Assembly: GCF_001194135.2 (NCBI RefSeq)
Contig: NC_069005.1
Location: forward strand, 26,685,300-26,719,962
DNA from: Octopus bimaculoides
Taxonomy: Eukaryota
Length of the DNA: 34,663 nt
Direction of reading: 5' to 3'
Under the pieces are notes generated by a model. That model was given only the letters and a program-made list of their open reading frames with translations, was not told where the DNA came from and ran no database searches. Numbering within the stretch: the first letter of the stretch is position 1; each line of letters opens with the position of its first letter. Positions 10,107 to 22,376 of this stretch are shown in pieces. The position numbers and the translations under genes are program-made.

Positions 10107-11989
10107 NNNNNNNNNNNNNNNNNNNNNNNNNNNNNNNNNNNNNNNNNNNNNNNNNNNNNNNNNNNNNNNNNNNNNNNNNNNNNNNNNNNNNNNNNNNNNN
10201 NNNNNNNNNNNNNNNNNNNNNNNNNNNNNNNNNNNNNNNNNNNNNNNNNNNNNNNNNNNNNNNNNNNNNNNNNNNNNNNNNNNNNNNNNNNNNNNNNNNN
10301 NNNNNNNNNNNNNNNNNNNNNNNNNNNNNNNNNNNNNNNNNNNNNNNNNNNNNNNNNNNNNNNNNNNNNNNNNNNNNNNNNNNNNNNNNNNNNNNNNNNN
10401 NNNNNNNNNNNNNNNNNNNNNNNNNNNNNNNNNNNNNNNNNNNNNNNNNNNNNNNNNNNNNNNNNNNNNNNNNNNNNNNNNNNNNNNNNNNNNNNNNNNN
10501 NNNNNNNNNNNNNNNNNNNNNNNNNNNNNNNNNNNNNNNNNNNNNNNNNNNNNNNNNNNNNNNNNNNNNNNNNNNNNNNNNNNNNNNNNNNNNNNNNNNN
10601 NNNNNNNNNNNNNNNNNNNNNNNNNNNNNNNNNNNNNNNNNNNNNNNNNNNNNNNNNNNNNNNNNNNNNNNNNNNNNNNNNNNNNNNNNNNNNNNNNNNN
10701 NNNNNNNNNNNNNNNNNNNNNNNNNNNNNNNNNNNNNNNNNGCACTGCAACAAAGGCAACCAACAATGCTCCTTACTGGAATATTCTTATTACTCGCTGT
10801 TGTTGTTGCTGTTGCTGTTTGTTAGTCTCTAAACTTGGAGGCGGGAGGGGGGTTGTGGGAGGAGGGTGGGAAGATGGCAGTGAAGCAGAAGTGTCTTTGG
10901 CATACCACACCAGATTGTTGCTGTTGTTGTTGTTGTTAAAAAACCAAGATAGTGAATGGGACTTAGGTATGTTAGCTTTGCTGTTGTTGTTGTTGTTATT
11001 ACTCATCCACAGAATCCTTTTACTTCCACTGAAGTCACACACACCTCCCTTTATCCACCTCTTTTTTTTCCCCCCCTGTATAATTTTCTTTTCCTCTAAG
11101 TACCAGAAATTCCATTGAGGCAGTTTCTTCTTTGAATCTTTTCCATTTGATAAGCGGCTTTATATCATCACATCACCACTACAAACAGGAGTAACACCCC
11201 TCACCACCACCACCACTACCATTGTGTCTACAATTACTTCTCTACTACCTCTACCAATATACCATTGCCACGACCACCACCAAACCACTATCTCTACCAC
11301 TGCCCAACTTCTACCTACACAACAATACCACTGGTTCTATGACCACAACCGTACTACTACCTCCACCATCATCGCCCTACCACAACTGCTACTACTACCT
11401 CCACTACTGATTCCACCAAACCATTTCTATATCAATGCAACACCATTCTCTTGCTGGAGCCAATACCACTTTTAGTAAACTTCTGATTCCACTGAACCAT
11501 TTCTTCATCAGTACCACACCACTGTCTCACTAGAGACAACACCACTTTTAGCAAACTTCACCTCTCCAAGCCAAAAATAAAAAGAAACAAAAAAGGAATC
11601 TCCACATGGTTGTTCAACCTTCAAGAAATACCAGCCAAATCTCCCTCAAATTACACACTACCACCTTGAAAAAAAAAAAAAAAAGAAAGAACATTTGATA
11701 ATGCAATCCTAGATTCTGGGGTTAATAAAATAAGAACCAGTTGATTACTGGGATTGCTGCATTAACTATCTACAATTCCCCTAATACTTCAAGCCTCGTG
11801 GTTATAGCAGAAAGAATTATTATAACATCAATTACTAACACCACTACTAGATAGTCTTCAAACAGTCTTACAATATTTGTTTTGCACTAAGTTCAGATGT
11901 TTTATCATAATTGTGACCATCATAACAGTAGTGACTATCATAACTGCAGTGATGCAGTAAGAGTCCATTAGAGACATGTAACAAATCAT

Positions 11990-12225
11990 CCTCATCATTT
12001 TAATGTCCACTTTTCCATGCTCATGGGTGTTGGACGGAATTTGTTGGGATGGATTTTCTATGGTTGGATGCTTTTCCTGTTGCTGACCCTCACCTGTTTC
12101 AAAGTAAGACGACATTTACTCATGACCAGACATGTTTTCATGGAAGATTGGAAACGAAGGTCGTAACTTGCATGTTGGTGACACTCACTCACAAATATCA
12201 CGTAATATCAAGGCAAGGACATACA
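11990..12225 (-). mobile_element. SINE-like element carrying the RTE-type 3' tail
   Basis: catcattttaatgtccacttttccatgc tail. The adjacent part (gaccctcacctgtttc) is the reverse complement of 21160-21260. Confidence 0.65.
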
Positions 12226-12469
12226 CACACAAACATGCATACACATATATAGATATATGTAAATATTGAACAATGAGAATGAGTGATCAACACTGCATTG
12301 GTGGATAAAGATTCTTTTGTGAGTTTTAATCCAAAATGGAGACAAACATCAATATTCTATGTGATAGACAAACCCTTAACAATTATCAAGCCTAACATGA
12401 AACAAATGGTAGCCTTAATCCACAAATGTGTGTATGTGTGTATATATACACACACACACGCTTACACAT

Positions 12470-12622
12470 ATGGACTTATTTCAGTTTCCGTTTGGCCAAA
12501 TCCCCTCATAAGGCTTTGGTTGATCAGGGGCTACAGTAGGGGACACTTGCCAAATGTGCAACAGAGTAAGACTGAATCCGGAACTATGCAGTTGGGAAGT
12601 GAACTTCTTACCATGCAGCCAC
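12470..12622 (-). mobile_element. SINE family 2, 5' half
   Basis: Reverse complement of the family 2 head and core. Confidence 0.75.
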
Positions 12623-13744
12623 AACAACAACAACAACAACAGCAACAACTAGTCATACTAGTAAAACACAGCCTACCACAGATACTTCTACCACTACAAC
12701 AAAGAGGTGGGGGCAATTATGTACTGAGACAGAATTGATTTCAGTGATGCTTCCTTGAATGAAATATCTGAAATATTTATAGAGAGAGGGGAGGAGGGAG
12801 AGAAAGGAGAGCAGTGTAGAANNNNNNNNNNNNNNNNNNNNNNNNNNNNNNNNNNNNNNNNNNNNNNNNNNNNNNNNNNNNNNNNNNNNNNNNNNNNNNN
12901 NNNNNNNNNNNNNNNNNNNNNNNNNNNNNNNNNNNNNNNNNNNNNNNNNNNNNNNNNNNNNNNNNNNNNNNNNNNNNNNNNNNNNNNNNNNNNNNNNNNN
13001 NNNNNNNNNNNNNNNNNNNNNNNNNNNNNNNNNNNNNNNNNNNNNNNNNNNNNNNNNNNNNNNNNNNNNNNNNNNNNNNNNNNNNNNNNNNNNNNNNNNN
13101 NNNNNNNNNNNNNNNNNNNNNNNNNNNNNNNNNNNNNNNNNNNNNNNNNNNNNNNNNNNNNNNNNNNNNNNNNNNNNNNNNNNNNNNNNNNNNNNNNNNN
13201 NNNNNNNNNNNNNNNNNNNNNNNNNNNNNNNNNNNNNNNNNNNNNNNNNNNNNNNNNNNNNNNNNNNNNNNNNNNNNNNNNNNTGTGTGTGTGATAATAT
13301 TAGAGACAATAGGAAGGTTTACAAGAGCTATACACAGAGAGGGAGGGAGGGAGTTGAAAAAAAAAGACAACGTTCTCAATAAAACATGGAAGGACAGAAA
13401 GAGGGAAAGACTAAGGGAATGAGAGAGAAAGAAAGAGAGAGTGATAGGCAGAGAGGTAAGAAGAGAAAGAAAGGATTAAGGATCATGAGGGTGTGTTTGA
13501 GATACCAGAAAGAGAGACATAAGAGTCAAGACAAAGTGTGTGTGTGGAGGGGATGTGATTTTATTGATTTCAAGTTGGTGATCAGAGTCAACAAGAACAA
13601 CAACAACAACAACAACAACAACAGCACTTGATAATGTCAGATGTTATTATTGGCTTAGAGCTTAAAGGACACTCCTTATATGCATGGTTGTGGTGGTCAT
13701 GTTTGTGTCAGGTTGAATAGACATATTTATACATTGTTATTGAA

Positions 13745-13775
<31 letters not shown>

Positions 13776-14520
13776 AATCATCATGTCTTTCTACACACAA
13801 AAACACTATATATATATATATATATANNNNNNNNNNNNNNNNNNNNNNNNNNNNNNNNNNNNNNNNNNNNNNNNNNNNNNNNNNNNNNNNNNNNNNNNNN
13901 NNNNNNNNNNNNNNNNNNNNNNNNNNNNNNNNNNNNNNNNNNNNNNNNNNNNNNNNNNNNNNNNNNNNNNNNNNNNNNNNNNNNNNNNNNNNNNNNNNNN
14001 NNNNNNNNNNNNNNNNNNNNNNNNNNNNNNNNNNNNNNNNNNNNNNNNNNNNNNNNNNNNNNNNNNNNNNNNNNNNNNNNNNNNNNNNNNNNNNNNNNNN
14101 NNNNNNNNNNNNNNNNNNNNNNNNNNNNNNNNNNNNNNNNNNNNNNNNNNNNNNNNNNNNNNNNNNNNNNNNNNNNNNNNNNNNNNNNNNNNNNNNNNNN
14201 NNNNNNNNNNNNNNNNNNNNNNNNNNNNNNNNNNNNNNNNNNNNNNNNNNNNNNNNNNNNNNNNNNNNNNNNNNNNNNNNNNNNNNNNNNNNNNNNNNNN
14301 NNNNNNNNNNNNNNNNNNNNNNNNNNNNNNNNNNNNNNNNNNNNNNNNNNNNNNNNNNNNNNNNNNNNNNNNNNNNNNNNNNNNNNNNNNNNNNNNNNNN
14401 NNNNNNNNNNNNNNNNNNNNNNNNNNNNNNNNNNNNNNNNNNNNNNNNNNNNNNNNNNNNNNNNNNNNNNNNNNNNNNNNNNNNNNNNNNNNNNNNNNNN
14501 NNNNNNNNNNNNNNNNNNNN

Positions 14521-14780
14521 TCTACTCTGGCCTCAGGCCAACCAAAGCTGTGTGAGTGGATTTGGTAGACAGAAACTGAAAGAAGCCTATCACACATACA
14601 TATGTGTGTGTGTGTGTGTCTGTCTCCAACCACCACTTGACAACTGGTGTTAGTTTGTTTACATCCCTGTAAGTTAGCAGTTCAGTAGAAAAAGACTGAT
14701 AGATTAAGTAACAGGCTTCAAAAAAAAAAGGACAGGGGTCGTTTCATTTGACTAAAAATTTTTCAAGGTGGTAGCACAGT
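14521..14780 (+). mobile_element. SINE family 2 copy (5' end in gap)
   Basis: gtgagtggatttggtagacagaaactgaaagaagcc, internal (TG)n, then the tail. Confidence 0.85.
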
Positions 14781-14819
14781 GAGGAAAAACAAACATACAC
14801 ACACACACACATTACAAGC

Positions 14820-14942
14820 TTTAAGTTTCCGTCACAGACAGTCCAGATCTATTATAAAAGACACTCACCCAATGCGCCATGAGGTGGTACTGAACCCACA
14901 ACTACATGGTTGGGAAGGAAGCTTCTTAACTGCACAGTCATG
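14820..14942 (-). mobile_element. SINE family 2 head fragment with an internal deletion
   Basis: agtttccgtc...aagacact-acccaatgcgcca...actgaaccc...ttcttaactgcacagtc. Confidence 0.6.
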
Positions 14943-14949
14943 TGGATAT

Positions 14950-15338
14950 TCTTTTATACTTTGGCTTCTTTCAGTCAGACTACAGCCATGCTGGAGCACT
15001 GCCTTAAAGGGTTTTAGTTGAACAAATCAACCCCAGGACTTATTCTTCATAAGCTTAGTACTTATTATATCAGTATCTTTGCTAGACTGTTAAGATATGG
15101 GGATGTAAACACACCAACATTGGTTGTCAAGTGATAGTGGGACACACACACACATAAATATACACATACACACACACACACAACGGGCTTCTTTCAGTTT
15201 CCGTCTACCAGATCCATTCACCAAATCTAGCCCGAGGCTATAGTAGAAGACACTTGCCCAAGGTGCCATGCAATGGGACTGAACCAGGAGCCATGTGGTT
15301 GAGAAACAAGCACCTTACCACACAGCCACACCTGCACC
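14950..15338 (-). mobile_element. SINE family 2, full length
   Basis: Complete head, core, internal (CA)n and tail in reverse orientation. Confidence 0.9.
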
Positions 15339-15401
<63 letters not shown>

Positions 15402-17487
15402 NNNNNNNNNNNNNNNNNNNNNNNNNNNNNNNNNNNNNNNNNNNNNNNNNNNNNNNNNNNNNNNNNNNNNNNNNNNNNNNNNNNNNNNNNNNNNNNNNNN
15501 NNNNNNNNNNNNNNNNNNNNNNNNNNNNNNNNNNNNNNNNNNNNNNNNNNNNNNNNNNNNNNNNNNNNNNNNNNNNNNNNNNNNNNNNNNNNNNNNNNNN
15601 NNNNNNNNNNNNNNNNNNNNNNNNNNNNNNNNNNNNNNNNNNNNNNNNNNNNNNNNNNNNNNNNNNNNNNNNNNNNNNNNNNNNNNNNNNNNNNNNNNNN
15701 NNNNNNNNNNNNNNNNNNNNNNNNNNNNNNNNNNNNNNNNNNNNNNNNNNNNNNNNNNNNNNNNNNNNNNNNNNNNNNNNNNNNNNNNNNNNNNNNNNNN
15801 NNNNNNNNNNNNNNNNNNNNNNNNNNNNNNNNNNNNNNNNNNNNNNNNNNNNNNNNNNNNNNNNNNNNNNNNNNNNNNNNNNNNNNNNNNNNNNNNNNNN
15901 NNNNNNNNNNNNNNNNNNNNNNNNNNNNNNNNNNNNNNNNNNNNNNNNNNNNNNNNNNNNNNNNNNNNNNNNNNNNNNNNNNNNNNNNNNNNNNNNNNNN
16001 NNNNNNNNNNNNNNNNNNNNNNNNNNNNNNNNNNNNNNNNNNNNNNNNNNNNNNNNNNNNNNNNNNNNNNNNNNNNNNNNNNNNNNNNNNNNNNNNNNNN
16101 NNNNNNNNNNNNNNNNNNNNNNNNNNNNNNNNNNNNNNNNNNNNNNNNNNNNNNNNNNNNNNNNNNNNNNNNNNNNNNNNNNNNNNNNNNNNNNNNNNNN
16201 NNNNNNNNNNNNNNNNNNNNNNTCTGTCCCATCACACATGCTCCATGTAATCATTATCGAGAGACTGCATGGATGGATGGATGGATGGATGGATGAGAAT
16301 GAATGAATGGAGGGAGGGAGAGAGAGAGAGGGAGGGAGGGAGGGAGGTATAGGCAGATAGACAGACAGAGACAGTGAGATGGGTAGATAGACAGATGGGT
16401 AGATAGATAGACAGAAAAAAAGACAGGTAGATTGAGAGGTATTGTATTTATTTTTTGCTTCATTGCTAGGATAATGAAATAAAAAAACTTTGACAAACAA
16501 GAGATAAATAGTCTATGAAGCAGACTATGTCTTTGTTACTTGAAATGTGAGAAATAGCAGCCAAATTTCTAATAAATCACACCTTACTGTCTAAAAACAA
16601 AAAAAAAGATTGTAGGTCAAGAAATACATCCAAGATGGGATTGGATGGTCATGACTGGAACACCTTTGGTCATAGGTCTGCAGGACCACAAATTGGCCTG
16701 GGGTTAAACAACAGCCACCAAAACACTAACAGTGCTATATCTACTATTACAGAAACTGTTAAAAAGACAATGGAAACAGGGTGTATTTATTTACTTTGTT
16801 ACTTGGTCGGCAATAATGAAAACAGACTCAACTTGAACCCCTTCTGTCAGGGCTGAATTAGACAACAACAAGGAAGAGCTATAAAGCAAAGAAAATATAA
16901 ACACAAACGAAGACAAGCTAAAAAAAAAACACCCACCTGGATTTAATTATTTTACCTCTAAGCAGGAACTTGTAGGATCCATGTAAAAACAATAAGTGGT
17001 ACGAAAAAAAAAAATAGAATACTCAGGAAGTAGGTAGGCAGATGGTGGGGGTTTTTATGTTCTTTTGTTATTGTTCTTTTTTTTATTATTATTTTTTTTT
17101 CCCCCTGATTTGTCTGCGAGTTAGATTCATTAAGGTAAGACTATACCTCAATCAGATTGATCCTACTTCACAATAATCCACATGCATTCTTAATAATAAT
17201 ACTACCATTTCCAGCTGCAGCCAAAGTGCACATATGCACATACATGCATATATATTTATCCATATAGAAGGTTGTACATCTCCTCGGTCTAATCTTCAGT
17301 CAGTGTAAGGAATGAGGCGATGGATTACGCAGGAGTGAGGACTGTAGAGGCACGAGTTGAGTAAGCATGAAACGAGGGAAAAGGGAAAAAACGAGACAAC
17401 ACCGCTTGGCTCCACTCCGAGTGGTGTCGTAAGCCGGCAGTAAAGTAACATGCAGCATGCTGCACACTACTGCCAAGGAAGCAAACG

Positions 17488-17502
17488 GTTGCCAAGGGCA
17501 AC
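17488..17502. promoter_or_regulatory. Candidate RFX X-box (GTTGCC-AAG-GGCAAC)
   Basis: Perfect palindromic half-sites fitting GTNRCC(N0-3)RGYAAC, inside a CpG-rich non-repeat segment. Function is not demonstrated. Confidence 0.45.
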
Positions 17503-18357
17503 ACAGACGGCTGGAAAGCAAAGAGATAGATAGGGAGAGAGAGAGAGAGAGAGAGAAAGAAAGGTGTGTGTAGACTGTTGCACATGGCAAGCATTCTGCA
17601 GTTATAAGCAATAGTTAAGTACACTGTAAGGAACATATCCGGAGCAGGCGGAATAAAGAGGTGTGTGTGTGTATACACAGAGTGTCAGGTGGCTTGTGGT
17701 GGACACACTGGATAGACCAACACTGTAAATCTAGAAGGGTGTGTATATATATATATTGTGACATGTACATACATATCTACACGTTAAAACTGAACATACG
17801 CACACTAGTAATTTATTCAATGCTTACAATACAAACTCTTGTTCTCTCCCAACACACATAGAGACACACACAGTTATCTGCATGTGCAGACACACACACA
17901 CACACACACACAGATGGACAACCATACATACACACGATATGTATACATAATGTAAGAGAGAAGGAAAGAATCAAAGAAACACACACACACACACACACAC
18001 ACGTGCACTAATCCTCCAGTTTATTTTTTTTTTTCAATCAATCTTTAGCTTATGTCACTCTCTTCCATTGTAGTGGTGGTGAGAGGAACAAGATCAATAC
18101 AGGAGTGGAAGAAGTAGCAGTGAAGAGAGANNNNNNNNNNNNNNNNNNNNNNNNNNNNNNNNNNNNNNNNNNNNNNNNNNNNNNNNNNNNNNNNNNNNNN
18201 NNNNNNNNNNNNNNNNNNNNNNNNNNNNNNNNNNNNNNNNNNNTCTCCAAACAAGAGGACATGAATCACCCAAGACAATAAAGCAAACAGCTGATAGTTC
18301 TTTCTCCTTCACCTCCTGACAGTGATAGCTTATACCATGACGATGGGGCGGAATTGG

Positions 18358-18414
<57 letters not shown>

Positions 18415-18919
18415 TGTAGGGGTATATCAGAATTGCCCCCACCTCTGCTTCACCCTCAGATACAGGCTGACTATGAATGAGGACAAAGGTGGTGGTGGTG
18501 GTGGTGCCAGTTGTCTCATGTACAGTGTGCATGGAGGGGATGGATTGCTGTAACCACGCCCCCACACAGCATGGCCATGAGTTCGAAGACAAGGGTGGAA
18601 GAGAGATGGGTAGCCATTGTCAAACCACTCTTCCTCAAGTACACAGGGTGCCATGAACACAAGTTGAACAAGGGCCGGTTTCCTTGATGGTGGTGGTGGT
18701 GGTGGTGGTGGAGGGCAAGGTGTAATTTTTTGAGTAAAGAGATCATTATTACCTACCACCCTGAAGTCCACAGGGTGGCCATGAATACGAGGGCAAGGGT
18801 GGATGGTAGAGGCTGGCAAGGAAGGTAGGAACTGTGGAGCACAGGTGACAGTGGATACATATCCATGTTTGACAAGCAAAGGAAACAAAAATAGGGTTAA
18901 ATAATTTTATGGGTGGATG

Positions 18920-19340
18920 GACATAAATGTGTTTGGTGATGGTGGTGGTGGCTGTGATGGTGTGGTGGTGGTGGTAGTGATGATGGTGGTGGAAGAGTTA
19001 CTGGTAGTATTAGTAATAGTGGTGGTGGTAGGACTAGTGAAGTTAGTTGTAATAGGGGTGTGTGCATGAGTGTGTGCATGAGTGTATGTATGGGTGTATG
19101 TATGGGTGTATGTTTGTGTATGCGTACGTCTGTATGTATTATGTTTGTGTTCATGTGAGTGTATGTGTGTGTGTGTATATAGATATGTTTGTGTATGTGT
19201 GTATGTGTTATGTATGTTTGCATGTGCATGTATTATGCATGTGTATGTATGTTTATGTTTGTATGTGTATCATATGTTTGTGTATGAATGTGTGGATTTA
19301 TGTGTGGATTTATGTGTGTGCAGTAAGTCGCTGGTAAAGG

Positions 19341-19375
<35 letters not shown>
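18920..19375. repeat. Compound low-complexity block: (GGT/AGT)n followed by degenerate (GT/GTAT)n
   Basis: Tandem short units such as gtgtgcatga x2, gtgtatgtatgg x2 and tgtggattta x2, plus (TG)n. Confidence 0.85.
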
Positions 19376-19378
<3 letters not shown>

Positions 19379-19544
19379 AGGTGGTTGAGAATTGTCATTA
19401 ACAAGTGTTTTCCTTTTGCTCTAAGACAAAGTAGAGAAATAACCCAAGCGTCTACCTTCTTACATATCGGTTAAGGTGGAAGGCAGGAAGGGGTCAGAAA
19501 TACAAGAGGAAATAACGGAGTTACTTTACATATATATATATATA

Positions 19545-19639
19545 TATTTTTCTTTTTTTTTTATTCTTTTACTTGTTTCAGTCATTTGACTGCAGCCATG
19601 CTGGAGCACCACATTTAATCAAGCAAATCGACTCCAGGA
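19545..19639 (-). mobile_element. SINE family 2, 3' tail (rest in gap)
   Basis: cttgtttcagtcatttgactgcagccatgctggagcac matches 20729-20770. Confidence 0.8.
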
Positions 19640-20417
19640 NNNNNNNNNNNNNNNNNNNNNNNNNNNNNNNNNNNNNNNNNNNNNNNNNNNNNNNNNNNNN
19701 NNNNNNNNNNNNNNNNNNNNNNNNNNNNNNNNNNNNNNNNNNNNNNNNNNNNNNNNNNNNNNNNNNNNNNNNNNNNNNNNNNNNNNNNNNNNNNNNNNNN
19801 NNNNNNNNNNNNNNNNNNNNNNNNNNNNNNNNNNNNNNNNNNNNNNNNNNNNNNNNNNNNNNNNNNNNNNNNNNNNNNNNNNNNNNNNNNNNNNNNNNNN
19901 NNNNNNNNNNNNNNNNNNNNNNNNNNNNNNNNNNNNNNNNNNNNNNNNNNNNNNNNNNNNNNNNNNNNNNNNNNNNNNNNNNNNNNNNNNNNNNNNNNNN
20001 NNNNNNNNNNNNNNNNNNNNNNNNNNNNNNNNNNNNNNNNNNNNNNNNNNNNNNNNNNNNNNNNNNNNNNNNNNNNNNNNNNNNNNNNNNNNNNNNNNNN
20101 NNNNNNNNNNNNNNNNNNNNNNNNNNNNNNNNNNNNNNNNNNNNNNNNNNNNNNNNNNNNNNNNNNNNNNNNNNNNNNNNNNNNNNNNNNNNNNNNNNNN
20201 NNNNNNNNNNNNNNNNNNNNNNNNNNNNNNNNNNNNNNNNNNNNNNNNNNNNNNNNNNNNNNNNNNNNNNNNNNNNNNNNNNNNNNNNNNNNNNNNNNNN
20301 NNNNNNNNNNNNNNNNNNNNTATATATAGTAAAGATTATTTGCCAGCATAACATACTCTAGAGTACTGTTACTGAATGTCTGTCTCTCGTTGAGAGATTT
20401 ACAAATAGTAATTTTTT

Positions 20418-20456
<39 letters not shown>

Positions 20457-20704
20457 GGTATGGGATTGTGTGGCTGAGAGAAAAATCTATGCACTGAAAA
20501 AAATGTAGGGAAAAGGAGGAAACAAAAGAGGGGAAAGGGGTTAGCTGGAAAGCAGAAACAAGAGGCACGGTGTGACAGGATTTAACGAACTGCTTGACTT
20601 TCAGGTGTTTTGTTAACAATGAAGGTGAACAAGAAGAAAGGTGAGAAGGAAGTGGACAGAAGATCTGTAATAAATGAGAAAGGTGTTAACAGTGGCCATT
20701 CCAC

Positions 20705-21145
20705 ATTACATTTTTTTATATTCTATTACTTGTTTCAGTCACTTGACTGCAGCCATACTGGAGCAGTGCCTTTTTAGTCGAACAAATCGACCCCTGGACT
20801 TATTCTTTGTAAGTCTAGTACTTATTCTATCGGTCTCTTTTGCCAAACCACTAGTCACAGGGATGTAAACACACCGACATTAGTTGTCAAGCAATGGTGA
20901 GGGGACAAACACAGACACACAAACATGCACACACACACACACACAAACACATTTATTTATATATATATATATATATATGCATACACAACAGGCTTCTTTC
21001 AGTTTCCATCTACCAAATCCACTCACAAGACTTTAGTCAGCCCAAGGCCATATAGTACACTTACCCATGGTGCCACATGGTGGGACTGGAGCCAGAACTA
21101 TGTGGTTGGGAAGTAAGCTCCTTACTACGCAGCCATGCCTACACC
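20705..21145 (-). mobile_element. SINE family 2, full length
   Basis: Colinear with 14950-15338, with an internal (CA)n(TA)n. Confidence 0.9.
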
Positions 21146-21149
21146 TATA

Positions 21150-21262
21150 TTAGCTTGCTTGGAAACAGGTGAGGGTTGGTGACAGGAAGAGTATCCAGTC
21201 ATAGAAAATCTACTTCAATAAATTCCATCCGAACCATGCAAGCATAGAAAAGTGTGCATGAT
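21150..21262 (+). mobile_element. Short element with the RTE-type 3' tail
   Basis: ggtgagggttggtgacaggaagagtatccag...ccatgcaagcatagaaaag...gatgatga, the reverse complement of 11990-12105. Confidence 0.65.
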
Positions 21263-22109
21263 TATGATGATGAATCACTACAGGTCTCCAATGAACGAAT
21301 TACTATTTCGACCGCATTTACGATAATCATAATTAGGACAGACTGTCTGAACTTATTTCTAAACAAATATCATAAGATTATTTGAAGAGCAACAAATTTT
21401 TCTTTTTATCGGATTTTTTCTTTCTGTCACAAAACAACAAAAGACAAACACACACACACAACAAACAAGCATCTCCATACATAGAGAGTTCTGCCAGCTC
21501 GCCACCTTAATGACTCTAAACATTAATGACTCTAAACCTTAATGACTCTAAACATTAGCAAAATTATTTATTAAGCTACAAAATACTGAGTTAAACTCTG
21601 ACAAATGGCAGAACGTGGTAGGGAAATAGCTCCAGAATATAAGGGAAAACTCCTCTAACTTCTACTAGGTCTTCAGTAATGCCTCGATTATCAGATATGG
21701 CCATTGGATGACTCACAACCAATGCTGCCGCTGCCACTACCACAGCAACTACTATGAAGTGAGAATGTAACTTATGCCAAAGGGATTGGCAGAGAAATAG
21801 GTTTTTCCTGAGCTGACTAGACTATGATGATAGCAGTTCCTTTATATCTAAGGAACTGCAATGACGAACAGTGCCACACCTTCAAGCGGCCATGTAAATC
21901 AATCGCTGATGCTGCAGGGCTTGTCTCCCTGGCAGAGCTGGTTTTAAAATGGGAGTCAGTCACTCATTCCAATCCCACTTGGAAGTCTGACCATAGTGGC
22001 ACAGTGGGCTAAGAGGGCAACGGTGCCCAGCAAGCTGTTGGTTTTACGTTGGAGTGGCCTTCACATAAGTGAACTGCCTTACAGGGCTGGAGAGTTCCAC
22101 CTAGCCTGG

Positions 22110-22376
22110 CGGCTAGACTATAAGGGTAAAGACCCCTTTCAGTCATGAATGACCACGGGATTGCACCTAGAAAGTTCTCCTCCAAGGCACAAGTTTAGGC
22201 AAGGTTGCTTATGGAAGACCAGCAGTTGTCAATGCATACCGGCCTCCCCTCTCCACACTACTAGTGTTATCCAAGGGAAAGGCAAAGGCCGACACACCTT
22301 GGCACCAGTGACATTGCAACTCATTTTTACAGTTGAGTGAACTGGAGCAACAGGAAAAATAAAGTGTCTTGCTCAA
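22110..22376 (-). mobile_element. SINE (family 3-like core) lacking its tRNA head
   Basis: The reverse complement ttgagcaagacacttt...ccagttcactcaactgtaaaaatgagttg resembles 31380-31440. Confidence 0.6.

Noticed and set aside
17300-17341. Possible poison or terminal exon (ctctacag|SSLLRNPSPHSLH*)
   Set aside because: The acceptor is plausible, but there is no convincing donor or poly(A) signal and no support beyond one AG.
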